Below the pieces are notes generated by a model. The model was not told the DNA's origin, ran no database searches, and saw only the letters and a program-made list of their open reading frames with translations. Positions 19,119-28,208 of a DNA stretch of 64,000 nucleotides are shown here, in pieces. A program made the translations under genes and the position numbers. Within the stretch, counting starts at the first letter, position 1; the number at the start of each line of letters is the position of its first letter. The DNA comes from Candidatus Limnocylindrales bacterium (GTDB lineage Bacteria > Chloroflexota > Limnocylindria > Limnocylindrales > CSP1-4), in the NCBI GenBank assembly GCA_050008515.1, contig JBEKMM010000003.1, positions 212,394 through 276,393 on the forward strand. Direction: 5' to 3'.

Positions 19119-21866
19119 TCATCTGGGGGCAACATCTCCCGCGTCCCGGGGACCTCGAGTGAGCGGCGAAGGTCGCTTCGGACAGCGCGGGAGACGACCT
19201 CCTCGGGCGATCAGCGCGGCCGCCAGCCCCAGGAGCGCGAGCATCGCCAGGCCTCCGCCGAAGATGGGGAGGATGTCGACCGGGTTCGGGCCGGCCGGAC
19301 TGCCGGCCGGACGCGCCAGCCCATGTGCCTGGCCTCGCGCGGCGGGTGCCTCGCCCTCCAATCCGGACGCCTCCGACGCCGCCGCCTCGGCAGACGGAGA
19401 GGCACCGTCCGAGGGACCGGCCGAGGAGCCGGCCGCGCCCGAGCCCGGGCCGGCGAGGGCCGCGATCCGATCGGGATCGACCTCGATCAGCCAGCCATCG
19501 GCGTCGCGCGACACCTGCCCCGTCACCTCGACGGCGTCGCCGGGCTCGAGCAGCGAGATCGCGTCCGACGCGGCTGCGCCACCGAGACGGACACGGCCCG
19601 TGCCGTCGTCGAGCGTCGCGGTTCCGGGGCCGGTCTCCACGATCAGGCCGGCGACCGTGGCGGTGCCGCCCTCGCGGCTCGGGATCTCCGATACGGGAGT
19701 GAGCCGGGCATCGGTGGCGGTGGCGGGTGCGCCCGAGGCCCCGGACCACGCCGCCTGCCCGGCATCGGCGGCGCCGGCAGTCTGGCGGGGAGCGGCCGGA
19801 GCTGGCCCGAGGATCATGTCCGCAGCGGACCGCGGGAGCAGCGAGAAGGCGCTCGAATCGGAGGTTGAACGGCGGACGATGCCCGTGACCAGCGCCAGCC
19901 GCCCCGCGACCAGGCCCGTCGGGGAGATCCCTGCGCCTGGCTCGCCGAGCACGGCGACCGTCTGCCCGCTCACCGTCAGGTCGGCTCGCCAGCGCGAGCC
20001 TGCCCGCGTGAGGCGCGCGACGTGGCCGCAAACCGCGACGAGCTGCCACTCGTGCTCCGGCCCGAGGACGCCCGCGACCTGGCGCGGTGGCATCGCCACG
20101 CCGTCGCCGCGCCCTTCGACGAGAGTGGCGACGACCCGACGCCCGCTGTGCAGGCTGCCGGTCTTGCCGACGATGCGGACACCGGCGCCGACCCGAGGGC
20201 TCGCAGTTCCGTCCGGCAGGACGACAGCCACCGCCGCAGTCCCATCGTCGACCACGATGGTCGGGCCGCCCCAGTCGATGACCCCGGCCGACGCGGTCAC
20301 AGTCGCCTCCACGTCCACGGTCCGACCCCGAACCGCGAGCCCCGTGGCCAGGTCGTGGTAGACGGCGTTGGGGGTGGGCGTGGCCGTGGGACGCGCGGTC
20401 GCGGCAGCGGACGGCGCGCCTGTCGGGCTCGGCGAGGGGAGGGCGAGGACGGTGAGGTCGCTCCGCATTCTCAGCCACAACCGATAGCCGTCCTCGCGGC
20501 CGAGGGCCGTGGCGTGCTGCCCGACGATGCCCGTGAGCGCGACCCGTTCGCCGAGGGCCACGTCCCCCTTGAAGATGCCCGACAGCGGATCGGCGAGGAC
20601 ACGGCGCTCGGTCTGGCCGTCGCCCAGGGTGATGGCGAGCCGCCCGCCGTCCGTGGTGACGGAGTCGATCGTTCCCTCCACGGTCACCAGCGAGCCCTCC
20701 AGCCGCTCGCCGATATCCGGCAGCGTCGCGGGGATCGGCGTGGGGGCCGAGTCCGGAGGACCGAGCCGGAGCCACTCCAGTTCGCGGACCTCGAGCTGGC
20801 CGTACGGAGCCGCGAGGACACCGACGATGTCGATGGACCGGCCGATCTCGACGCCGTCGACCGGCGCGGTCAGACGGACGAAGATCCCGCCCGACGAATC
20901 GGCGATCGCCAGCAGGTTGTCGGCACCCACCGGACCGGTCGACACGGTAACCACGCCGGCCAGATGGACGAGGGTTCCGGGAGCCTGGGACCGCGCGGCC
21001 GCAATCGACTCGAGATCGACGGCGGGGTCGCTGGGCGCCGGCGAGGCGATCGTCGGCACGACTGTCGGTTCGAGGGTGAGCGTCACCGTGGGCGTCGCGC
21101 TGGGGGCCGCCGTGGGTTCGCGGGTTGGCTCGACCGTTGGTTCGGCCGTCGGGCTTGCGAGCGGCGTCGCCGAATCGGTCGGCCCCGGCGAGACGGTCTG
21201 GTCCAGCGAGGGTGTCGCGGTCGGCGGAGGCGAGCTCGAGGGAGCCGGCACCGGAGTCGAAGCCAGCGACTGCGGGACCGGGTTCGACCGGACCGTCCAG
21301 TCCGAGGCGTTGTCGTTCGTATCGACCCAGTTGCCAGCCGTGCCCCCCGGCCGGCGCTCCAGGCTGGACCCGGCCGGCGGAGCAGGCGCGACCACGCCCT
21401 CGACATATGAGTTGCCCGCCGTCCCCCAGCCGACCGAATCGATCACCGCTCCGCCGACGTGGCGGAGAGCCAGCGACCCACCGTCGCTCGCAAGGCCGCC
21501 CGTGTAGGCGGCATCGGCCATTGGCCCGTAGACCCCCGCAGAATTGGCGACCAGCAGGTGGGCCCCGGGCGCGAGCGGGAGCGGCGGGGCGAAGGCCGCC
21601 TTGCGCGTCGTCGTGGCACCCGACGCCGTGACGTAGATCAGCTCGCAGTCGCCCAGGTCGCTCGTGACGGCCCCCGCGTTGTAGATCTCCACGTACTCGT
21701 CCGAGGCGGAGGCGCCGCCAGTGACCGCTTCGGCCAGAACCAGGCCGGTGGAAGCCGGCCAGGCCACCGACGAGACGGCATAGCCGGGCAGCACGGTGGC
21801 GGATAGAGCGGCCACCGAGACAAGGAGCGAGACCAGAACGACGGCAACCCCGCGCGAAGCGGACAT
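19119..21866 (-). CDS. Cell-surface protein: signal peptide, lamin-tail domain, repeated OB-like beta-barrel modules, C-terminal TM anchor
   Basis: Signal peptide 'VAVVLVSLLVSVAALSA'. LTD signature 'SDEYVEIYNAGAVTSDLGDCELIYV'. More than 6 repeats of the type 'G..V.v.G.V......g....l.Dg.g'. C-terminal helix 'ILPIFGGGLAMLALLGLAAALIA' followed by a basic tail. Confidence 0.75.
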   Translation of the reverse strand: MSASRGVAVVLVSLLVSVAALSATVLPGYAVSSVAWPASTGLVLAEAVTGGASASDEYVEIYNAGAVTSDLGDCELIYVTASGATTTRKAAFAPPLPLAPGAHLLVANSAGVYGPMADAAYTGGLASDGGSLALRHVGGAVIDSVGWGTAGNSYVEGVVAPAPPAGSSLERRPGGTAGNWVDTNDNASDWTVRSNPVPQSLASTPVPAPSSSPPPTATPSLDQTVSPGPTDSATPLASPTAEPTVEPTREPTAAPSATPTVTLTLEPTVVPTIASPAPSDPAVDLESIAAARSQAPGTLVHLAGVVTVSTGPVGADNLLAIADSSGGIFVRLTAPVDGVEIGRSIDIVGVLAAPYGQLEVRELEWLRLGPPDSAPTPIPATLPDIGERLEGSLVTVEGTIDSVTTDGGRLAITLGDGQTERRVLADPLSGIFKGDVALGERVALTGIVGQHATALGREDGYRLWLRMRSDLTVLALPSPSPTGAPSAAATARPTATPTPNAVYHDLATGLAVRGRTVDVEATVTASAGVIDWGGPTIVVDDGTAAVAVVLPDGTASPRVGAGVRIVGKTGSLHSGRRVVATLVEGRGDGVAMPPRQVAGVLGPEHEWQLVAVCGHVARLTRAGSRWRADLTVSGQTVAVLGEPGAGISPTGLVAGRLALVTGIVRRSTSDSSAFSLLPRSAADMILGPAPAAPRQTAGAADAGQAAWSGASGAPATATDARLTPVSEIPSREGGTATVAGLIVETGPGTATLDDGTGRVRLGGAAASDAISLLEPGDAVEVTGQVSRDADGWLIEVDPDRIAALAGPGSGAAGSSAGPSDGASPSAEAAASEASGLEGEAPAARGQAHGLARPAGSPAGPNPVDILPIFGGGLAMLALLGLAAALIARGGRLPRCPKRPSPLTRGPRDAGDVAPR

Positions 21867-22117
21867 TCGGGCACCTCAGGGCGTCTTGCCGGCGGGGAAG
21901 GTCGCGCATGTTCTACTCGCCGCGGCTTATCTGCGGCTTCACTGCGGCATCACGGGCCCAAGTGCGCGCACCCGGCGAGCCCTCGCTTGCCGCGCCCGGA
22001 TTCGCCGTTCGCTGCGCGGCCTGTGACCGAGAGCGCCATCGACTACCATTCCGACCGCGCCGTTCTCGTCCCGACCGACGCCTGATCTGCCTGTCCGATT
22101 CGACCAGAGGAGAGATC

Positions 22118-22855
22118 GTGGCCCGCGCCAAGAGGACCGATCGAGCTGAGGCGCGCCGCCAGTACCGCGCCTACCTTCAGGCCAAGGCCGAGGCCGAAGG
22201 CGCCGCGGTCGAGGAGGACTTCGCGCCCGCAGGTCAGAAGAGCGCGAAGGCGAGTCGTCCCGCCACGGCCGCCGTCGTGAGACCGGGTCAGAAAGTCGGG
22301 TTCCTGTCCGCCTTCAAGCTGGCCACGCGGCCGGTCCACTACATCGACGACCTTCGTTACGCCCCGACCCTGATCACGCGGACCAATGCCATCTGGCCGT
22401 CGGCCCTGATCAGCATTGGCGCCCTGGCATTCGGGCTCACGCGGACCGACTACAAGGACGGCTCGATCCAGTTCCTCCTCAACTTCGCCCTGCCGATGGT
22501 TCCGTTGATCCAGCCGATGCTCGCAGGGTTCCTCGCCCCGCGGGCCACCTGGCTGGCCGGCCTCATCTCCGGGCTGATCTCGGGCGTCTGTTTCGAGATC
22601 CTGTTCATGTGGTACACCTCGGGCCACCTGACGAACCTGCCGGCCGACGTCAAGCTCCCGGCCTCCGATTACGTTCCCTTCACGGTTCAGGTGTTCCTCA
22701 CCGCATTGACCTTCGGCTCACTCATGGGCGCCGGATCCGGCTGGTACAAGCGCTTCCTGAGCCTGGCCGCGCCCGCCTCGCCCAGGACTCAGCAGCGCCC
22801 CGGATCTCAGAAGCCAGCTGCGCGACCTTCGCGTCGTCCGGCCGCTCGACGCTGA
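22118..22855 (+). CDS. Hypothetical polytopic membrane protein
   Basis: GTG at 22118 behind AGAGGAGAG. Basic N-terminus, then about 4 TM helices. The upstream 70 codons of the listed ORF look non-coding. Confidence 0.55.
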   Translation: MARAKRTDRAEARRQYRAYLQAKAEAEGAAVEEDFAPAGQKSAKASRPATAAVVRPGQKVGFLSAFKLATRPVHYIDDLRYAPTLITRTNAIWPSALISIGALAFGLTRTDYKDGSIQFLLNFALPMVPLIQPMLAGFLAPRATWLAGLISGLISGVCFEILFMWYTSGHLTNLPADVKLPASDYVPFTVQVFLTALTFGSLMGAGSGWYKRFLSLAAPASPRTQQRPGSQKPAARPSRRPAARR

Positions 22856-22865
22856 CGCTCGACCG

Positions 22866-25800
22866 TCAGCCGCGCCGCATCCCGCTGTAGCCCAGGGCGC
22901 GCACACCCTCGGGCCGTGCCGGGCCGCCGACCCTCTCCGCCTCGACGGAGAGCGACCTGACCTCGCGCGCCACCACGTTCACGACGTTCGCCTCGCGCTG
23001 CAGCATCCCCTCCACGTAGAGCAGCGCGTGGCGCCGGACCACTCCCCGAAGACGCGCCCACGCGTCCGGCCAGAGCGTGACGTTGACCATGCCCGTCTCG
23101 TCCTCCAGGGCCAGGAAGACGGTGCCGCGGGCCGTCATCGGATGCTGGCGGGTTACGACCAGGCCGCCCAGCTTCACCGGGCCGGGGCCGCGGTCCGCCA
23201 GCGACGCGTTGGTCACGGCGCCGAGCCGATCCAGCGCGGGGCGGAAGAGCGAGACCACTTGCCGGCTGGCGTCGAGCGACAGCACCGCGTACGAGTCGCC
23301 GAGCCGCTCGCGCTCCGTCAGCGCGGGGAGCTCCGGCGCGGAGGTCGGCGGCAGGCGCAGGTCCATCGGCCGCCCGGCTGCGCCGCCGGTTCGGCCGCCG
23401 GTTCGGGCGCCCACCCGGCCCCGCGTCGCGCCCATGACCTCGTGCAACTGCCACAGCAGCTCCCGCCGCGGGCGGCCCAGCGAGTCGAGCGCCCCGGCCC
23501 GAATCAGCCGTTCGACCACCTCCTCGGGCAGCTCGGTGCGAGCCACGACGTCCGCCAGAGAGCGGTAGGGGCCGCGGGCCAGCTCGGCGTCCAGGCGCTC
23601 GGCGTGCTCGTCGCCGATCCCCTTCACCAGCGCCAGGCCCAGCCGGATCCCGTAGCCGGTCGCCGATTCGGGCGTCCAGCGCTCGCGCGACGCGGCCGAG
23701 GGCACGACGCAGCCGGACGAGCGGATCGCCGCCGGTCGACGGCCGATGCCCGCTTCGATCGCGGCGGCCCGCGGTCCGCGCCCGCCGTCGCTCCGCGCTG
23801 AAGCAGTGGCTGAGCGCTCCGCGAACGGCGATCGTAGCCCGCGTTCCGCCGTGTCGGGGAGGGGCTCGCCGTCGCGCCCGACCCACTCCGTCGTCGTCTT
23901 GTAGCTCGACTCGTTGATGTCCACCGGCAGGACCGCAACGCCGTGCCGCTTCGCGTCGTTGATCAGCACCTCCACCGGGTAGAAGCCCATCGGCTGGGCG
24001 TTGATCAGCCCGACCGTGAACTGGGTCGGGTAGAAGAGCTTGAGGAAGGCCGACTCGTAGGCTGTTCGAGCAAAGGCCGCGGCATGGCTCTTGGCGAAGC
24101 CGAACGAGGCAAAGGCGGCGACCTGGCGAAAGAGCTCCTCGGCCTGCTCGTCGGTCAGCCCGTTGGTGGAGCGGCAGCCATCGACGAAACGCTGGTGGAG
24201 CTTCTCCATCTCGCGGCTCGAGCGCCACGTCCCCATCGCCCGCCGGAAGCCATCCGATTCGCCCGGGGAGAAGCCCGCCACGGCGATAGCGATCTGCATG
24301 ACCTGCTCCTGGTACAGGATCACGCCGAGGGTCTCGCGCAGGACGGGCTCCAGGCTGGGATGGAGGTAGACGACCGGTTCGATGCCCTGACGGCGGCGCA
24401 GGTAAGGGTGGACGGCGTTGCCCTGGATCGGGCCCGGCCGGATGATCGCGACCTCCACGACCAGGTCGTCCAGGTTGGCCGGCTTCGACTTCGGCAGCGT
24501 TTGCATCTGGGCCCGGCTCTCGACCTGGAAGACGCCCACCGTGTCGGCCGCCTGGAGCATCTCGAAGACTTCGGGCACGTCCTCCGGCAGCCGATCGAGG
24601 TCGACGCAGACGGCGCAGTCGGACTCGATCAGCTGGAGGGTCTCGTCGATCGCGGCCAGCATGCCCAGGCCGAGCAGGTCGAGCTTGATCAGCTTCATCG
24701 TCTCGACGTCGCGCTTGTCGAACTGGACGACGACGCGATCCGGCATCGTGGCCCGCTCCAGCGGGGCGATATCGATCAGCGGCGCGGCGGTCACGAGCAT
24801 CCCGCCGGAGTGAATCGAGAGGTGGCGCGGAAAGCCGTCGATGCGGGCGCAGAACGCCAGCCAGCGCTCCCAGTCCGGCATCCCCGCCGTGGACCCGCGC
24901 CGCACTTCGGCCGGCACCTCCGGCCGCGGCTGGACCCTCGCCACGCTCGAGTGCGGCTCCGGCCGAGCCAATCCCGTAACCTCCGTTGCGGCCGTGGCGA
25001 CATTCGCGACGGCCGCGGCTGGCCGGCCGCCGGCGACTCGCGGCCCGCGGTCGCCGTCGCCATCGTTCCGCGCTAAAGCGGTGGCTGAGCGCTCCGCGAA
25101 CGGCGGCTGCGTGCCGCTTTTCGCCGCCCGTTCCGCCCGTTCCGCCCGTTCCGCCCCCCGTTCCGCGGCAAGCCAGGCGATGCTCGCCGCCGAGTCGCCC
25201 GGCCCGCCTTCGTCGTCCGACCCGATCGCCCGCCGCCGCGCCAGCCTGCGCTGCTGCTCGAGAGCCGACCCGCCACCCAGGTCCACGACTTGACCCGGGC
25301 CGCGCGCCACGCTGCCTCCACCTGCGTCGCTCCGCTCTCCTGCGCTATACGCATGGAGTGAGTAGTAAGTGGGAGGGTGGCCCGCGGAGAGCTCAGTGAC
25401 CTGCCCTTTGGAGCGGGGCTTGGCCCGGTTGACCATCTGCGCACCGTCGCCAGGCCCCGATACGCGGTCGTACGGCCCGCTGGCACTCCCCGGGTGAGTA
25501 TCAGGGAGAACCGCATCGCCAGGCCCCACCTCGACTGCGCGATCGGGGCCGCCCGGCTCCATTGCACCCACCCGATGAGTGTTGGGGAGAAACGGGCTCG
25601 CGTCGCGAGCGGTTGCCCCGGCAACACCCGAGACGAGGGCGCGGGAGGCGATTCGGCCGCCGCGAGGATGGTTCAGCTGGCCCATTCGGTCGATCAGGCC
25701 GCGTTCGCCTGCCCTTTCGGCCGCCTCGCCCCGTGCTGCTGCCGCCGCTGCCTCCGCCCCGGCCGCCGTCGCGGCTCCGGCCGTGGCGGCTCCGGCAGCC

Positions 25801-27515
25801 TCCGCCTCGCGTTCGACCGTCTGGGCGAAGAACTGGCCGAACCCGCCGTCCGCCTCCAGGTCCCGCCGGACCATCACCGAGTCGTACGTCTCGAGCGCCC
25901 TGGCGACTCGATCGACCAGCGGCCGCGGGAACCCGAGCGCGTACCCGACCTCGCGCACCGCCGACCTCGCCCGGTACGTGACCAGGTTGCAGACCATGCC
26001 GGTGTGCTCGGGTCCGTAGCGGCGGTAGACGTACTGGATGACCTCCTCCCGCCGCTCGGAGGAGAAGTCGATGTCGACATCCGGGTAGCTCGTTCGACCC
26101 TCGTTGATGAATCGCTCGAAGAGCAGGTTGTGGCGGATGGGGTCGACGCGGGTGATGCCCAGGACGTACGCCACGATCGAATCGGCGGCACTCCCCCGGC
26201 CCTGGGCCGGGATGCCGCGCTCCCGGGCGAATCGCATCAGGTCCCAGCAGATCAGGAAGAACTCGGCCAGGCCGGTCCGTTCGATCACGTCCAGCTCGTG
26301 AGCCAGCTGCCGCACCACCGGCGCAGAGATGGGGTGATACCGGCGGCGGGCGCCCTCGTGGCACAGGCCCTCGAGGTACGAAAACGGCGTGTGGCTGCTG
26401 GGAACGGGGAAACCCGGAAACCGGTAGCGCTCGAACCCAAGGTCAACCGAGCAGCTGGCGGCCAGCTCACCCGCGTTGCCGATTCCCTCCACCCAGGCCG
26501 CCGCGGTTCGGGCGTCCGCACCCGAGCTCCCGGGCGGCAATGCCATCAGCTCGTCGGCCGCCTTGAGGAACGCTTCTCCGTCCGGGCGCCGAAGGTCGCG
26601 CAGCTCGTCGAGCGTGCGGCCGTGGTGGATCGCGGTCAGGACGTCGTGGAGCTCCCGGCCCTCCGGATAGGCGTAGTGGACGTCGTTCGTGACCACGACC
26701 GGCAGGCCCATCTCTTCGGCGAGAAGCGCGGTCTCCGCCACGAGCCAGTCGTCGTCGGGCAGCAGATGGTGCTGGAGTTCCAGGAAGAAGCCGGCCGTGG
26801 CCGGGCCGTCGCCGCAGGAAGTGGCGCCACGCGTCCGGGGGCCGACCAATCCCCCACCGAAGAGCCGCTCATACCGTTCCGCGGCAGCCCGCGCCCCTGC
26901 CCGATCCCCGACCCGCAGCCGCCTGGCGATCTCGCCCTCGCGGCAGCCGGAGAGCGCCACCAGCCCGTCCGTGTGCGCAGCCAGCAGCTCCTGGCTGAAG
27001 CGCGGCATGGATTTCGTGCCGGCGAGGTTCGCCCTACTCACCAGGCGGCAGAGGCTGCGGTATCCCGCCGCGTTCCGAGCCAGCAGGACGAGGTGCGGGC
27101 CGCGCTGCCCCTCCCCGACCCCGCGCAGGTCCTCCTTGACCGCGTCCCGATGGCCGGGCAGCCGGGCGCGGTCCGGGCGCGGTCGCGCCGGCAGGCCATC
27201 GCCCCGCGGCCGCTCCCCGGGGATTGGCGCGATCGCCGGGGAGTGGCCGAGTGGTCGTCGCGGCGGCACCACGACCCCCGCCGGATCGGGCGCCGCCGCG
27301 TCCATCAGCTCGATCTCGATCCCAACGATCGGTCGCAGCCCTGCCTCCTGGGCCTCGGAGGCGAAGCGGACCACGCCGTAGAGGCCACCGTGGTCCGTGA
27401 CCGCCAATCCGGAGAGCCCCAGTTCGACGGCGCGCCTGACCATCTCGTCCGGCGCAGAGGCGCCATCGAGGAACGAGAAGTGAGTGTGACAGTGGAGCTC
27501 GGCGTAGGAGGCCAC
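22866..27515 (-). CDS. dnaE2: Error-prone DNA polymerase III alpha (DnaE2/ImuC) with two large in-frame insertions
   Basis: PHP N-terminus 'YAELHCHTHFSFLDGAS', 'GRGSAADSIVAYVLGIT', 'FPRHLSIHSGGM', 'VGVFQVESRAQM', 'IIRPGPIQG', and the OB C-terminus 'GTVFLALEDETGMVNV'. It is 1549 aa, against roughly 1100 aa typical for the family. Confidence 0.95.
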   Translation of the reverse strand: MASYAELHCHTHFSFLDGASAPDEMVRRAVELGLSGLAVTDHGGLYGVVRFASEAQEAGLRPIVGIEIELMDAAAPDPAGVVVPPRRPLGHSPAIAPIPGERPRGDGLPARPRPDRARLPGHRDAVKEDLRGVGEGQRGPHLVLLARNAAGYRSLCRLVSRANLAGTKSMPRFSQELLAAHTDGLVALSGCREGEIARRLRVGDRAGARAAAERYERLFGGGLVGPRTRGATSCGDGPATAGFFLELQHHLLPDDDWLVAETALLAEEMGLPVVVTNDVHYAYPEGRELHDVLTAIHHGRTLDELRDLRRPDGEAFLKAADELMALPPGSSGADARTAAAWVEGIGNAGELAASCSVDLGFERYRFPGFPVPSSHTPFSYLEGLCHEGARRRYHPISAPVVRQLAHELDVIERTGLAEFFLICWDLMRFARERGIPAQGRGSAADSIVAYVLGITRVDPIRHNLLFERFINEGRTSYPDVDIDFSSERREEVIQYVYRRYGPEHTGMVCNLVTYRARSAVREVGYALGFPRPLVDRVARALETYDSVMVRRDLEADGGFGQFFAQTVEREAEAAGAATAGAATAAGAEAAAAAARGEAAERAGERGLIDRMGQLNHPRGGRIASRALVSGVAGATARDASPFLPNTHRVGAMEPGGPDRAVEVGPGDAVLPDTHPGSASGPYDRVSGPGDGAQMVNRAKPRSKGQVTELSAGHPPTYYSLHAYSAGERSDAGGGSVARGPGQVVDLGGGSALEQQRRLARRRAIGSDDEGGPGDSAASIAWLAAERGAERAERAERAAKSGTQPPFAERSATALARNDGDGDRGPRVAGGRPAAAVANVATAATEVTGLARPEPHSSVARVQPRPEVPAEVRRGSTAGMPDWERWLAFCARIDGFPRHLSIHSGGMLVTAAPLIDIAPLERATMPDRVVVQFDKRDVETMKLIKLDLLGLGMLAAIDETLQLIESDCAVCVDLDRLPEDVPEVFEMLQAADTVGVFQVESRAQMQTLPKSKPANLDDLVVEVAIIRPGPIQGNAVHPYLRRRQGIEPVVYLHPSLEPVLRETLGVILYQEQVMQIAIAVAGFSPGESDGFRRAMGTWRSSREMEKLHQRFVDGCRSTNGLTDEQAEELFRQVAAFASFGFAKSHAAAFARTAYESAFLKLFYPTQFTVGLINAQPMGFYPVEVLINDAKRHGVAVLPVDINESSYKTTTEWVGRDGEPLPDTAERGLRSPFAERSATASARSDGGRGPRAAAIEAGIGRRPAAIRSSGCVVPSAASRERWTPESATGYGIRLGLALVKGIGDEHAERLDAELARGPYRSLADVVARTELPEEVVERLIRAGALDSLGRPRRELLWQLHEVMGATRGRVGARTGGRTGGAAGRPMDLRLPPTSAPELPALTERERLGDSYAVLSLDASRQVVSLFRPALDRLGAVTNASLADRGPGPVKLGGLVVTRQHPMTARGTVFLALEDETGMVNVTLWPDAWARLRGVVRRHALLYVEGMLQREANVVNVVAREVRSLSVEAERVGGPARPEGVRALGYSGMRRG
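23764..23830. repeat. ~65-nt module inside dnaE2 insertion 2
   Basis: Shares GCGGCCCGCGGTC and the identical 25-mer GTGGCTGAGCGCTCCGCGAACGGCG (23806-23830) with 25040-25105. Confidence 0.85.
25040..25105. repeat. ~65-nt module inside dnaE2 insertion 1
   Basis: The identical 25-mer lies at 25081-25105. Both copies encode PFAERSATA[L/S]AR[N/S]DG on the minus strand. Confidence 0.85.
25129..25155. repeat. 9-bp in-frame microsatellite (CGTTCCGCC)x3 in dnaE2
   Basis: Encodes (AER)n: 'GAERAERAERAAK'. Confidence 0.85.
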
Positions 27516-27560
27516 CGGCGCCTCGTTGGGTCGGTCGGTTCGGTGGAAAGTTCAATAATA

Positions 27561-27572
27561 GAACATGTGTTC
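27561..27572. promoter_or_regulatory. LexA (SOS) box GAAC-N4-GTTC upstream of dnaE2
   Basis: GAACATGTGTTC lies 45 nt upstream of the dnaE2 GTG, within the shared 23-nt block TTCAATAATAGAACATNTGTTCG that also precedes imuA'. It abuts a minus-strand TATTAT -10 hexamer. Confidence 0.8.
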
Positions 27573-27959
27573 GCTTAGGCGAAGAGCGCACCGGGGCGGC
27601 GGCCCGGCCAGCCGGGTGCGTGCCGGCCGGCGAATCGGCCCTGCATGCGGTCACGGACGCGCCACACTCATCGGCGGCGGCCCGTCAGATCGACCCCACA
27701 CGGCTACCGTCGAAGCACATCTAGCGCGATACTCACAACGACGCTGGCGGTCCTGGCCACGGTGCTTATCCTTGTGGGGCTGCCGATGGCAGTGGCCGCG
27801 CAAACGGCCTCGAGATAGTCGCTTCTCTGGCGACGATCCGGTGTGGTGGCCGGATCGCTCGACCTGTCGGGTGGCCTGGTGAGCTGGTCCCCGACCAGCA
27901 AGGCCCGTCGCTTCGGCGGCGGGCCTTGCTGTATAAGCCGTCCTGCGGGCGCGCCGGGC

Positions 27960-28208
27960 TCAGTCGTACAGGCGCTCCAGGTGCCAGGAGCCGTCGACTC
28001 GATCCAGGTAGATGAGAGCCAGCCAGCGAGGTCCCGCCACCTTGAAGTAGTCGCGGGCGATCGGCTGGTTCCACCAGCTCTCCTCCACACGCCAGCGATT
28101 GCACACCTCGACCGGCTCGCGGCGGCCGTTCCAGCGAAACGCCACGAGATCCCCGCTCGAGTCGAGTTCGGCGTCGATCGGTGGATGCTCGCGCAGCAGC
28201 CGGGTCAT
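27960..28208 (-). CDS. Small conserved protein coupled to imuB (82 aa)
   Basis: Its ATG overlaps the imuB stop (ATGA at 28205-28208). 'FRWNGRREPVEVCNRWRVEESWWNQPIARDYFKV...WLALIYLDRVDGSWHLERLYD' is Trp-rich and coding-like. It may correspond to a DUF often found next to imuB, but this is unverified. Confidence 0.65.
   Translation of the reverse strand: MTRLLREHPPIDAELDSSGDLVAFRWNGRREPVEVCNRWRVEESWWNQPIARDYFKVAGPRWLALIYLDRVDGSWHLERLYD

Noticed and set aside
18766-21909. 1047-aa ORF on the minus strand overlapping the LTD protein gene
   Set aside because: It is extremely Arg/Gly/Pro-rich with no motifs. It is an alternate frame of the same strand as the motif-bearing 19119-21866 ORF. This is a typical shadow ORF of GC-rich DNA.
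24882-25850. Intein in DnaE2
   Set aside because: The insert does not start with Cys/Ser, has no block A/B or terminal HN-[C/S/T] motifs and no homing-endonuclease motifs. Its composition is low complexity.
27901-27930. Terminator hairpin AAGGCCCGTCGC/GCGGCGGGCCTT after the small imuB-coupled ORF
   Set aside because: The stem has a mismatch and there is no U-tract on the minus strand. It is plausible but too weak to call as a feature.
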